Notes under the pieces: model-generated
Told to the model about the DNA's origin: nothing
Database searches by the model: none
Seen by the model: only the letters and a program-made list of their open reading frames with translations
Made by a program: the position numbers and the translations under genes
Shown here: positions 13,182 to 26,177 of the stretch, in pieces
Layout of the letters: each line of letters opens with the position of its first letter
Numbering within the stretch: position 1 is the stretch's first letter
Source of the DNA: Tubulanus polymorphus
Taxonomy: Eukaryota; Animalia; Nemertea
Assembly (NCBI RefSeq): GCF_964204645.1
Contig: NC_134030.1
Location: 9,947,222-10,011,221, forward strand
Direction: 5' to 3'
DNA length: 64,000 nucleotides

Positions 13182-16100
13182 GCAGTGTATAGATTTGGTC
13201 AATCATTGGTCAAAAGTTTGACCTTTGACCTCAAACTATAGGTGGCGCTATAGTACAGCCGACGTTGTTAGGAGATACAAGTCGAGAACAAGCCCGCCAG
13301 AACTCGGCTCCGGATTTTTCGATTTCGTTACTTTTATCGATAAAGAAGCCGCGTCATTAATGTCGGTGGCGGAAGCAATTTAAATTCGACGAATTCTTCG
13401 CGGTCTTTAACGAAATGAGGGGTGCCGCCGCCTCGCGTAATTGAATAACAAGCGGATGTCGGGAGCGGTAATTATCGAAGGCGAAGATTTTAGTGCGTCG
13501 AGAGTAGAAAATTAAACGGTCCGGCTACGTAGTAGCCGTGGTAGTTAAGAGAATTTTTACCGACATTCATTCGGCGTCGTCGTCGTTTAAATGGAAAATC
13601 TATTGCGCAACAATCAATGAAATTTTCTAATTACGCAGTCAACAGCGGCGATGCACCCGCAACATTTTCAATTACCCTAGTCATTATTTGCCTGCATGTG
13701 AATTTAAAAAACACAAACCATTTATCGTGTTCGTCTCCCTGATACTTATCGCGCGTGTGGTACTTAACAGGTAGTGAATTGGTGCACCACGTCAGCCATT
13801 CAATTTTTTTCTTAAATTTTTTTTGAGTCTACTGTAATACAGGTTATAGGCCTAACGTTCGTTACCGGAAGTAGGTATCAGTTTTCGCGTCAACCAACTA
13901 CATTTCAATGAAAATCCGTTGGTTCAAGTTTCCAGTAAGCATTTTCTCAAAAACTATACACGCACTCACCTTTTCCAAGATTTCCCAATTTTTGTGAGAA
14001 AATGCTTACTGGAAACTTGAACCGACGGATTTTCATTGAAATGTAGTTGGCCGACGCGAAAACTGATACCTACTTCCGGTAACGAACGTTAGGCCTATAA
14101 CCCGTATTGGGGTATAGAATTGTTGCAGCATACGCACTTCCTTGAAATATGAATTTTCCTCACATTAAAGCTCCTTATATCCAGGAATGACTGAGGTCTG
14201 TTTCGAGCCTGACATGTAACACATCATACTTATTACAGAGAACCCATAAACCAGATTAGTTACCAGTAAATTGGTTCCGAATGATCCGAATAAAAGGGGC
14301 TTTACTGTCGTATAAAGGCTGGTTTGATTTTTGCTTCTTGATTGTCTATGAAACAGATTCCTTTTAAGACAGAAGAACTCTCTGTTATTTAAATCTAGCT
14401 ATGTCCTATACAGTGTGCACCTAATTGATATTTTTGAACAAATTTCATAGTTGGATTGTTGATGATTTATTGTTATTCATTTCTATTTCAGTGGCCTGAC
14501 TGCGTTGGCTACGTATTTATTGACGAAGGAACTATGGAGCTCAGGGGCTGGATTGTTTGCTGCGTGTTTCATAGCTATAGGTATGTCCAGTGATTTCTCC
14601 CGGCTCACGAAAATGCTGTTTATACGTTTCCGATAACGATCTGCTGCCTGGACCCCTGATACGCTTCCAGCGTTCTTATAGTTTTCATCGCCGAGGCTTC
14701 ACCCGTGTTCAAGACCTCAAGGCCCCTGGGCCCAGTTCCACAGTTCTGAGTTAAGATTTGACTCTGGGTAAACTCATTGAAAATGAACTAACTTTAACTC
14801 AGGGTTAACTCTAACTCACGACTGTCGAACTAGGTCCTGATGTTTAAATTGAAAATGTATTGAAAGCACATGTCTAAAATCTCTAATGTGGTAGTTAATG
14901 TTGATAAAGAAGAGTGGTTACGGGTTGCTGTGTGATGCCTGGGTTGGCTGTTGGGCAGCCGTGGCCTAGGCTCTAATTCGGTCTTGAATCTTCAGGCTGG
15001 TTTTCAGTTTTAGGATAAGCTATAGAGCTAAAAAGTTGTGAAAATGAACTGAAGCCATGACGGCACGATTTACCCTAGACAGAGTCCCTACAACTCCTTG
15101 ATTCCATAAAAACTCCTAACTCGAAAATGCTTTTAAAAGTGCTCGGAACTCCTTTCTTTTAAGCAAAATAGCCAAAACTTCCTCAATATTGAGAAATAGG
15201 CAATTAGGCAATTTTTGTCTAGTTCGTAGTTGTACAGTCGACTACGCGTTAATCAGATGGGTGCAATTGGGACCAGGATTTTTTTTAGCCGATTAGCCGG
15301 TTACCGAATTAGAAACCGGGTTTAGGCAGTGTATAGGATAATTAAGGTCTGCTTACAAAAACCGCCAAATTAACGGTGTACCAAGATAAACAGTATACCG
15401 ATTCAACACCACCAAATTAACGGTGTACCAAGATAAACAGTTTTCTGGAGGAGTCTACTGACGTAATTTTGGGATACGAACGCAATGCGTGTGGACGTCC
15501 TCAAATTTTAAACTTTCTCTTTTAAAACTTCTTATATCATCCGGTAATGACCGATCTGTAGGTATCTTGATAAAAGTAACGGTACATATCTATATACGGT
15601 ATATGATGTGATGTTTGATTTTTTGTTTACAGTGCCTGGCTACATCAGTCGTTCCGTTGCTGGTAGTTACGACAATGAAGGAATTGCTATATTTGCGCTT
15701 ATGTTCACGTATTATTTATGGGTTCGTATTAACGATGCTAATAATAATAGTAATAATAATAATAGTACCCTGAGCCGTCAATATCGACAAGAAATTCTCA
15801 TCCGTCTCTCTGTGCCTATCGTTATATATATTTGTCGTAGTTGAAAGTTTATTTTTCAAAAAAAAAAAATCTTTTTCAGATAAAATCCGTGAAGACCGGC
15901 TCGATCTATTGGGCGGCTCTTTGTTCACTGTCGTACTTTTATATGGTAAGCATACTGCGCGGGCGGTGATGTAAAGCTTGTGACGTACCAGACGACGAAT
16001 CCCTTCGGCCAAAGTTGATGCATTTAAAGTCTAGTTATTTTTGTCTGGCGTGGATTTCGTTTTGGATATTTCTCTTAGTCTTTAGAACGCACGCCTCAAT

Positions 16101-19100
16101 TTGGTCTTAGTACGACCGATGAAACTGTGCGCTCTGATAAACCATCGTTTTTATATCCATTTTGAACAACACAACTCTGTTGAATGATTGCTAAAATGTC
16201 TTCTTTTTCCTATGTTAAAAGGAGAAAAGATTTTTCAACTTTTAACGATTTTCGTTTCCATATTGTTAAAATTGATTTAGTTCATGGAATCGAGTCTCTT
16301 TTCTCTGATTCAAATAAGAGGACTTTCAGGCGCAATCTTTCAATACAGTGTAAAATGGATCTAAAAACGATTTTATATTCAGACTGCACATTTTCACTGG
16401 TCGTATCAATACCAAATTGAGCTATGTGTTCAAAAGATAAAGATAGAGATATATCCAAAAAAAATCAATCCTAGACAAAATTGAATGAACATTAGTCAAA
16501 TAAATCCACCAATCTAATGATCACATGATTCAGTTTGTATTTTGTGGAGTAAAATTCACCTAGAACATGCCACAGGCTTTACACACTACAGACAAGCCTG
16601 GATTTAAAAGATAAAAAATGAATAAACCATTTTGTGGCATGTATCCCTATAATGGTTTATCAATTCTAAGATTTGATAACGATAAGATTTCTCAAAATCT
16701 CCTTATAAAGGCGGCATCACCTATCAAACATTTTTGAATATTTAAATAACTGTCGATATACTGCGCAGAAGGGTAGACGCAGTGTAGCGGTCCGTCTTCC
16801 ACCGTACACCGCACTGCGGTGGAATTTTCAAAATGTTTCCAATTTTCGCCGGGTAGAATAGGGTTTAATCTTGTGTTCTTGTGTTTTTCAGGTGTCAGCC
16901 TGGGGCGGTTACGTATTCATCATCAATCTAATTCCACTTCACGTGTTCGTACTACTGTTAATGCAGAGATTCTCGAAAAGAATTTATATAGGTTCGTTTC
17001 GATGAAAATCATCAGTCGGCCCTGTCCCTTAACCTCTTCGCTACCATGCGTGACATATATTTACGTCGCAAATAACGACCTTCTCTCACCATGCGCGACG
17101 TATATTTACGTCGCAAATATATTCATTTACTACAATTGCTGGTGTGGTGAGTCACTACGCCGCTGGTGTATAGACGTACTAAATGATCGTCTGCTTCAAT
17201 TTAGTTACACAATTTACTCATAGATGGCGAATCAGTGCCTCAAATACTGAACTGAATCGAAAATATGTCAAAATATGGGAAAATGCTCTGGTGAGGGGCG
17301 TTACATTACCTATGGTAGCGAAGAGGTTAATGTTGTATCATCAACGGTCGTAGTAGAAGTCGAATAAACACTCCATTCCATGTATGCTGTAGATGATAGA
17401 AGAAATCCCACGATTCGAATTTTATATGATAAAATTTCTTGACCAACTTTTGGGTAATCTTCGGCGTGTGCACTGTCCATGTGAAGAAATTAACGGCGTT
17501 TTCTTGTTTCTTTTTCCCCGTTACAGCGTATACTACATTTTATATACTCGGATTAGTAATGTCAATGCAGATACCATTCGTCGGATTTCAACCATTAAGA
17601 ACCAGCGAACACATGGCGGCAGCCGGTAAATATTTCTTTACAATCTTCTCGAATAGTTACCCGATTCGCGGTTCGCGCGGTACCTGGAAATCGGAGAAAA
17701 CTAGGGAATTTCGTAACGATACGTGTCGGTGGAGAATTAGGAATTTGATCGATTTTCCTCGTAATCATCTGACGTATAACATGGCCTATGCCAAGCGAAG
17801 TGCAATTCTTCAGCAATTTTTCTCGAAAATCACCTTCACCCACCGGTAAACACTAAATCACCGACACCCCAGTAATATGATCGTGTATGTTCATTTTTCC
17901 ATTTCGGAAACTTGAAAAATTGCCGAAATACTTGGAGGAGATATCGAGAGGCAATTGCTCAAAAGTTTAAGTTAACTAGTGGATAGTCGACATAGTGACG
18001 ATAAAAAGTTCATCGTTACTATGGCCTTTATCCGCCGGTTATCTTTTAACCGACTTTTGAGCTACTGGCCCCAGAATTTTGAATTCCTGTGACGGCAGGA
18101 AGAATAAGATTATGTTATGAAGACCGCCTTGATGAATGGATTAATTTGGTTAAGTTTAAATCATTAAAAAAAAGCTGTCCTCAGCACTCAGATATTACAT
18201 AGAATCTATCATCTACTACATCGTAGCGGTGAGGGGTCTTCCCAAAATACCTAGGTCCAGTTGCTCAAAGGTTGCTTGAAGCTAACTGGCGGATAAATAC
18301 CATAGTGATAATGAACTTTTTAATTGTTCCTATGTCAACTATCCACTCGTTGACTCCAACTCTAACCAACTTTTCACCAACTGTGCCACGATTACAGGCA
18401 GTTTGCTCGGTGTATTTCTGAGGAGGAGTCATTCCTGTTTGCTGAAGAAGGTTCTACGTGAGAAACATAATCGGAAGCCGTCGTCGTGTACCTACGCGGT
18501 ACGAGCAAAAGATTCATTTTCATTAGTGTATTGAAATTTATTTTTTATTGAAATTTAAAAAAAAACAAGCTTTCCAAATTGTCAGATCCGTCGTGGAAAG
18601 TTAGCTGTTTCTGGCATGATGTTTCGGCTCACAAAACTGAGTATTTTAGCATGCGACGGTACTTCGCCCAAAGATTTGCATTATGTGCTGCCATCTGGTA
18701 TTGCCAATATACACTACTGTGAAAAAATAATCAGTTCGTGCTGCCATCATGTGCAGTTTAACTGCAATATCAGTATTTTACAGAAATTTTCCTCAAAAGT
18801 CCCGCTTTCTTCATAATCCCTGGTTCTCATCCCTGAAACAATTAAACCATCAAGCTGAGTGCATACATATATGTCATGTGTATCGTACTTGATTATTATA
18901 CGTCGATATTGGTTTATTGCAGAACTTACGTACACACGATAAAAACAAAACTGACAGCTGACTGGCAACACGGTGTATTAGATATTTAATAACCGACAAT
19001 CTTTTCACCATAGGCCTACATCAGTATTGAACCATCTGCCCGTCCATCAATATATACATAGGCCTATAGTAATTGCCGCTTTTGAACATGTTGCAATATA

Positions 19101-22100
19101 ATGATTTTCACGAAGGATTAACCCTATTACACCTATGTATCTATGTAGTAGCATAAGTTTTTTTCGAACATATCCATAGCTTATTTAGTCTTACTTTTAC
19201 CCTTCAGCTGGGCGCACGTCCACGTAGACTTTGTTACTGCACAACAGTCTACAATTTTGGACGAATTTTCTCATGATTTGGAATCTGGGAAGGCTGCCAA
19301 ACTATTTCAAGCGTTTTGTAATGCAAGGGAATGGGAAAAAATGAAAATCAAGATTTTTCAATTGTTCCAGTCTTTTCATGAAATAATTGAAGCGCCAGGA
19401 AAAAAATATGAAAGGAGTGTAAATTGTGTTCAATTGAATTCAAATGATGGAGAAATCGAATGACTCCTGCAGCTAAAATTGTAACCCTTAAAATGAAAAG
19501 ATTTGTGTTAAGGTCTGGGACCAGTAAACTGCTCAAATATTGAATACAAAGGAAAGCAATGCTGTCTAGGTTTAGTCATGTTTCAGTTATTCATAGGTTT
19601 ACACGTATGGAAAGAAATAAGAATGAAATGGCACAAATTCTACATGAAATCTTGATTTTTTTGAGGATTTTTTTATAATTTTCTAGGTGTGTTCGCGTTG
19701 TTACAAGCGTACGGTGGACTGAAGTACGTGCAGTCGTTCCTCAGCAAACGAGAATTCAGGAATTTTTTTATATTCGCGTCGTTGGTCGCGGCGGGTCTAG
19801 TCTTCGCCGGAGTCGTCGGTCTTACCTATGCGGGTAGGTATTGTTACGTGTTAGGATGTACATTATACATAGATTGACAGGGTCCCTACAACTCCTTGAT
19901 TCCTTAAAAACTCCTTCTAGAGGGAAAATGCTTTTAAAGTAGCTTGAAGGTCCTTCAATTTGAGAAAAATGCTCAAAACTCCTTTGAAACTCCTTCAATT
20001 TGGAGAAAAAAGCCAATTAGAAATTTTAGAACTTGTACAGTAAATAGACTACGGCTAAATCGGTACAGTTAGGACCAGGATTTGTTGCCCAATTAGATGG
20101 TCACTGAGTTAGAAAGGATAGGAATTTGTTTGCGAAACCTCGGACTTAACGGTTTACTGAGATAAACAGTACCAATTTAGGAGGAGTCTACTGCAATTAA
20201 GATATGAAACTAGATTTGAATTGTCCCTTTAAAAACTCCTCGAAACTTCCTAAATCCAGGAATGACTTGATATGTAGGGACAATTTCTTGGGTTCAAATT
20301 TATTGTTACCATGCCCATAGGCCATGATTTTGGCATTATGAGACCACCGACAAAAATGAAGTAACTATAACCCTAGTTTATCCAGGCCCTCGAAATGATC
20401 TAACATTGAGTATAAATACCCACGTATAGTAAAGTAATATGTTGTGATTAAGATGTCACAAGTCTGAATTTAAAAATGAGAAGGACAATATGGGACCTTA
20501 CATTTTCCTCCAATTTAATATTTTGTTTAATCCAAATAACGTGGAATGGGTTACTTACTGTAAGGCAATTTCGGTTTTCTTGTAGGTTACGTCGCTCCGT
20601 GGAGCGGTCGGTTCTACTCCCTGTGGGATACGGGATACGCTAAAATTCACATCCCGATCATCGCATCGGTGTCCGAACACCAGCCTACGACGTGGGTGTC
20701 GTTTTTCTTCGATTTGCATATCCTTGTTTGCGTGTTCCCCGTCGGCGTTTGGTTCTGCATCAAAGAGATCAATGACGAACGCTTGTTTAGTAAGTATTGT
20801 CGTCGAAACGCCGACTTAACTGTTTAGAGGGCGGCAGTTGACCTGGAAAACTCGGTGAATGAGTTTAATCTAAAAAAAAAAATCAGGGAAAACTCGGGGA
20901 ATTTGACAAATCTTACCAAAACCCTGGGGCCAGTTGAATAGTCATGGCTTAGACTTAAGATCAATCTAAGACCAACTTCGTTCTATAGCCAATCTAATGA
21001 CTTAAGATCTAAGACCACTTTTGGACTTAAGTCACGACTGTGCAACTGGCCCCTGGGGCCGGTTCCGTAGTCAAGACTCAACACCAAAAGTGGTCTTAAA
21101 TCTTAAGATTGGTCTTAAGTTTTTAGATCGGCCATAGAACTAAGTTGATCTTAGAACGGGTCTTAAGTGTAAGTCATGACTATGCAACCGACCGGAGACC
21201 AGGAGAACGCAGGGAATTCGAATAATGTTATCGATAGCGTGTTTCTCACGCAGTACGTGATTCACTGAAAAATGAATGAATTGTAACATTTCTAACCTAG
21301 AAATTTCTCGTATTTGTACTCGCCTCGGGGAATTTTGTGCAATCTCGTGGAAAAATCTGGGGAAATTTCTAGGTTTAGAATGAAACCAGATTGTAACTAG
21401 AAGTTTTATAGATAAGCCGTCGGGCGTATAAAGTGGGGTATATAAACCACAACTTCAGTGACTCGTTGATATTTAATGCACGGACGATATATTTTGTTTT
21501 GCAGTTGTTTTATATGCAATTACGGCGTCTTATTTCGCCGGCGTGATGGTGCGTCTGATGTTGACGTTGACGCCGGTCGTGTGCGTCCTGGCGGCGATCG
21601 CGTTCTCGAAAACGTTCAGCTTGTACCTGAAAGACGACTTGCCGAAAGATAAACAGCTGCGCGACCACGACGAGTCGACCGACCAGAAAAACGATAAGTA
21701 TTACGATAAGGTACGAACAATCCCGACTGTTGGCCTGCTGGTAACTGACCGATGAATGATGCTGATAAAAAACTCTTTAGGAGTCATCCATTTTTTACAA
21801 AAGAAGATTTCTGGTTATTTTTCATGACTTCCTACGCAATGATATTATGCACAATCCCTAACCCATTTATTGTAAATTAATTCTCGTCATGACTGTTCTA
21901 TTTTGCAGGTTGGAAAAACGAAAAAGATCAAAGAGGACAAACCGAAAGACGAAGGGCCGCTGGGTATGAATATCAAGACGATAGTATGCATAGCGATGTT
22001 GATGATGTTGATGTTGTTCGTCGTACATTGTACGTGGGTGACGAGCAACGCGTACTCGAGCCCGAGTATCGTGCTAGCATCGTACGGACATGATGGGTAA

Positions 22101-25100
22101 GTTGGATTTTTAGATATAACTATACATCCGGGTCCAGTTCCACAATTGTGAGTTAGAGTTAAAATCCATTCATTTTCGATGAGTCCAATCTTGAAGCAGA
22201 ACTGTGGAACTGGATCCATGGGTCAGTTGCTCCTATGTTTTGTAGAGTTAAGCAGTGGATAGTTGACATAGCGACAATCAAAGGCCATTTGTCACTATCG
22301 TTTTTATCCGCCGGTTATGTTTAACCAAGTTTTGAGCAACTAGCCCCTGCAATGTAGGGTTATGGGGCGATAGGCTTAACTAAGAACCTTCCAGGAGACC
22401 AGAAAACCAAACCCCTCATTCCTCCATTGACAAAACCGATATGGGAAATAGCGAAAAGATGACGGCTTTCTCATTAAACTATTCAAAAATCTGTAGTTTA
22501 AACCATCAAAAATTTATCCCCCGTTAGAAAAATATCATATAAGAACTAGGTAATTCCATTCTCCAAATTCATATGTATCTACTACTAGGATGGCTTTTCC
22601 TTTCAGATCAAGAAAAATTTTGGACGATTTCCGAGAAGCATACTATTGGCTAAGAGAGAACACCGATGACAAGGCGCGAGTGATGAGCTGGTGGGATTAC
22701 GGATATCAAATAGCTGGAATGGGAAATAAAACAACGCTAGTTGATAACAACACGTGGAATAACAGTCATATCGCCTTGGTAAGTTTCCCATAACCAAATA
22801 GCCCTACAGGGCGCCCGCATCCGCCCTACCTATTACTCCTCAGGACCTGGTTCCACAGTTCTGAGTTAAGAGTTAATTCTTGTGTTGAGATTAGTTTATT
22901 TTCTATGTTTTTACTCTTAATTCAAATCTTAACCGTGGAACTAGATCCTGGCTGCCCGAATCCGCCCTGCCTTTTACTCCTCTAGTTGCCTGAATCCGCC
23001 CTGACCTTTTCGTCTGCTACACAACGGTTACTGTGGGATTCAAACCCATTTGCTTAGGATAATTTGGACCCAAGGCGTCTTCTGCTAAATCCGTATGCTC
23101 TAAGACATGTTATCATTCTGAACTAGAAGCCGGTTATAACATTGCATGTTTCGACACTGTTCTTGAATATCTGAGATCTGTGTAAGCACTCCGCCTCGGA
23201 GGTTTTTACTGATAATGAACTACCAAGCGACACCTACAAATACTGATCATCAGGACTTCACGCGAAAATGTATCGGAAGGAGTTTGAGAGGCGCAGTGGC
23301 TGAGTGGTTTAAGCCGCCAGTCACTGGTCTCGTCAATCCAGGGTTTATGGGTTCAAACCCTGGTGGCGACAGAGTTTCTTGGTCGAAGGTTCTTCTCTGG
23401 TCTCTCCCCAATTGGGAAAAAGAAACATCGAACCTGTGTGGCGCTTAGCGGGTATAGGGTGTTAAAAAAAAAATGTATCAGAAGGCTGCAGTTAATAGCT
23501 TTTAATTCTTCTGAGCTCTTGAATTGAATGATCATTACCCCGATTTGATTTTTTTTTGGCAGGTCGGTAAGGCGATGTCGTCGAACGAATCGGCTGCTTA
23601 CGAAATTATGAAGGAACTCGACGTCAACTACGTGCTGGTGATATTCGGGGGCGTGATCGGTTATTCCGGCGACGACATCAACAAATTTCTGTGGATGGTT
23701 CGCATTGCCGAGGGCGAACACCCTAAAGACATTCGGGTGAGTTGTTTTTGACGGCGCGATGAACGTTCATCTTAACCAATGGGGAACCCGCAAAACCAGG
23801 AGCTATCCCACCAGATGGCGGGACGAGCATGAGGTCGTCCGTTTTCAAAATTTTTTCATTTTCGATGAACTTCGAACTGGATTTTCAGACTCCCAAATCC
23901 GTATATCATCGCCAACCAAATATACAATACTTTCATTCTTCTACTCAGATGTAGATGGTCTGAATGTGGATGACAATCTGTTAGAGAATCTGCCGGATCC
24001 TCGCCTGCAATACGCGGAATCTGCCATTGCAGTGCGGCTACCCCCTTCGCCTTGTGAATGCCCTGTAATTTGGGTTTCTTTGTGCCAGCCATATGGGAAA
24101 CTGTCCGCGATTTAAAGGGTTCATTATATCTCGAGGGGAAACTTTTTATGTCACTTACTATATTTGTTATCATCGTTCCGACGAAGGGACTAACAAGTGA
24201 TTGATTTGAATATTTCAGGAGTCGGATTATTTTACAGCGCAGGGTGAATTCCGAGTCGATGCTGGCGGCTCGCCCACATTGCTCAACTGTCTCATGTATA
24301 AACTTAGCTATTACAGATTCGGTGAACTGCAGGTACGTACGCGATGCAAATGATGATATCTGTTCAAGTCTAATGTCTATTCCAACTTAATTTGAGAGCA
24401 CATCAAGTGGCCTAGCTCAGTCATTTTTGGCTGTACATACCTGATAAAAGTCTTATAAGGACCAGAAAGGACTGGCAGTTGAACTAAAACATTGTTTTTT
24501 AATACATTCTACATTGTATTGAAGGATTGCAAAAAAGTCTGTGTTGAAATAATAGCCTGATTCTAATATTAGGTTGACAAAATGAAAATTTAAAAAATCC
24601 GTTGAAAATTATGTGGTCATGCAGCATAGGGTTAGTAGAGAAAATACTACTGGAAATCAGGGAATTTTGTAAAATAAAAATCAGGGACAACTCCGGGAAA
24701 TTGTATGAATAACAGGGTCAATTCCTATTTTAAGATCAAGCAATCTGGGAAAAGTCATGGAAATTAGTATGTTGAGATGGCTAGATCGCTTGTAAAATAA
24801 AACGGTTTCCGTCTATGTCTTACGTATTTGACTTTGTTAATTAATTGGATGCTTGATGCTTAGCAGATAATCTGCGATATCTGAGATCTAGTCTGGGAAA
24901 ACAACGTGCATGTCAGGGAATAGTCGGTGGAAAAAGCAAGTCGAATAAAAGTGGGCACCCTGTCTTGGCAAACTTACCGGTAACTAACCCGCATAATTTT
25001 GTGCGTATTTTCAGCTGGACTTCCGAACCCCGCCCGGGTTCGACCGCACTCGTAACGTCGAAATCGGTAACAAGAATATAAAACTGCATCATTTAGAAGA

Positions 25101-26177
25101 GGCGTACACAACCGAACACTGGCTAGTACGCATATACAAGGTGCTAGACCTCGACAACCGTCAGAAAGTCGCCGTGCCCAAAAAACCAGCCAAAAAAGTT
25201 TTATCGAGAAAGGTGCGTTAGATATGTGTGATATATTACTTGCGGCATGGAAAAAAACGTTTTCGACGTGTTTCGTTTTACGGTGTGCGTTGAATTGAAA
25301 GCAGGAAACGCCAAACGGAAAAACATTTTTCGCGAGACAAGCATTGCTGTTTTGTATTGTCAAAAACGTTTTTCAACCCGTGTGCGTTTGATGTTTTGTG
25401 TTTTGCAAAACATCCACAGCCGAATCAATATCCAATTGCCGCATCGCATGGCATCATACTCTTAAAAATTGATTTGAATAACTGAGTGTATTGTTGCACC
25501 ATGGATTCTATCCAGTGCAAGAACTGTTATCAACGTGTTTTCGTTATGCCATTACACGGTTCATCGTTCGTGGGTAAAACATTAACTCGAAGTGCTATGT
25601 GAAAAACGTGTTTTGTTTTTAAACTGGCGTTTTGCAACGTACATTGGGCTTTACGAAGGCATGTTTGTAAATGATACGTTGGAAAATGTTACATGGTTCC
25701 CACAATACAGGGAAATTGGGAAAAACTCGGGAATTTTGTAATAATATTTCCAGTTAGGAAATATTCGGAAATTTCAAAAATTTTCCTCTAATCAGGGAAA
25801 TATTCGGAAAATTCATTTACATTTCACGTATTGCATTTGCCCAGGGGAACCAACTTCAGCAATTTCTCTTTGAGAATCGCCTTGATCAGCCACAGGAACA
25901 ATTAAAATGTTGAGACTGTGGTATGATGATATCTGTTCATTTTTACGAAGGCTCCGTTTTCCATTTGGAAAAATTTAAAAATCAATACTTGGTAAAAAGT
26001 TGGGAATTTTTTATTCATGTAACTCTGTGGGATGATGTTATGAAAATGCTTTCTGCAGTCGCTTTCATTTTTCCTCATCGGTTGTTTTCTTTTTAGACGA
26101 AAACTCGAAAACGCGGCTCCATCAAACTGAAACCGAAAATCGTGAAGGGCAAAAAGCCGAAGACCAAGAAGAAGTGA
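4773..26177 (+). CDS. STT3B: Dolichyl-diphosphooligosaccharide--protein glycosyltransferase subunit STT3B (770 aa, 17 exons)
   Basis: Exons 4773-4939, 6079-6187, 6668-6777, 14492-14580, 15633-15721, 15880-15945, 16892-16991, 17527-17625, 19687-19833, 20586-20789, 21505-21710, 21909-22096, 22607-22778, 23563-23736, 24219-24332, 25015-25212, 26097-26177 (2313 nt, in frame, all GT-AG). Motifs [37 protein letters not shown] (STT3B-type), [24 protein letters not shown]. Lysine-rich C-terminus. Confidence 0.97.
5859..5897 (+). repeat. (AAT)n microsatellite
   Basis: About 13 AAT units in STT3B intron 1. Confidence 0.95.
8403..8723. mobile_element. Foldback structure of ~102-bp units with a piggyBac-like TTAA-CCC...GGG-TTAA core (8506-8694)
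   Basis: Tandem unit at 8403-8504 and 8505-8604; inverted copy at 8617-8723; ends CCCATTAGCACTCAGG / CCTGAGTGCTAATGGG flanked by TTAA. Confidence 0.7.
11971..12140 (+). mobile_element. tRNA-derived SINE with conserved central body
   Basis: A-box-like TGATGCCGAGTGG, B-box GGTTCGAACC, then GTGTCCTCGGGCAAGACACTTAACCTCATTGCCTC...CACCCAGGAGTAAATGGG, typical of invertebrate SINE bodies. Confidence 0.75.
12695..13020 (-). repeat. Dispersed repeat family with GGCCCGGGCCAAA / GATCCGTGCC motifs; contains a (CA)n tract
   Basis: Related copies at ~10850-11050, ~12215-12345, ~38280-38580 and ~59100-59170. Confidence 0.6.
13088..13180. repeat. (TA)n microsatellite inside a piggyBac-like MITE copy (homolog of 40250-40558)
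   Basis: About 46 TA units; flanks match the element at 40250-40558. Confidence 0.9.
13840..14104. mobile_element. Tc1/mariner-type MITE with ~110-bp terminal inverted repeats
   Basis: TA|CAGGTTATAGGCCTAACGTTCG...CGAACGTTAGGCCTATAACCCG|TA; near-perfect arms, ~35-nt loop, TA TSD. Confidence 0.8.
14728..14838. mobile_element. Short palindromic MITE (GGGCCCAGTTCCACAG family)
   Basis: Copies at ~22130-22218, ~22845-22950, ~43387-43497 and an interrupted copy at 46274-46883. Confidence 0.7.
17033..17326. mobile_element. piggyBac-type MITE
   Basis: 15-bp TIR CCTCTTCGCTACCAT / ATGGTAGCGAAGAGG with TTAA on both sides (17029-17032, 17327-17330). Confidence 0.85.
20927..21194. mobile_element. Inverted pair of Harbinger-like MITEs (GGGCCAGTTGCA TIR, CTTAAGAC-rich core)
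   Basis: Copy 1 at 20927-21052 flanked by CTG; copy 2 at 21056-21194 in opposite orientation. Further copies at 43609-43866 (pair), 58484-58621 and ~29043-29135. Confidence 0.75.
23281..23469 (+). mobile_element. tRNA-derived SINE with poly(A) tail and 16-bp TSD
   Basis: A-box GTGGCTGAGTGG, B-box GGTTCAAACCC, A-tail; TSD AAAATGTATC(G/A)GAAGG at 23265-23280 and 23470-23485. Confidence 0.8.

Noticed and set aside
13056-13241. 61-aa YI-repeat ORF, and other short ORFs antisense to exons (e.g. 21887-22219, 23353-23721, 59589-59993)
   Set aside because: These are microsatellite translations or shadows of real exons on the other strand.
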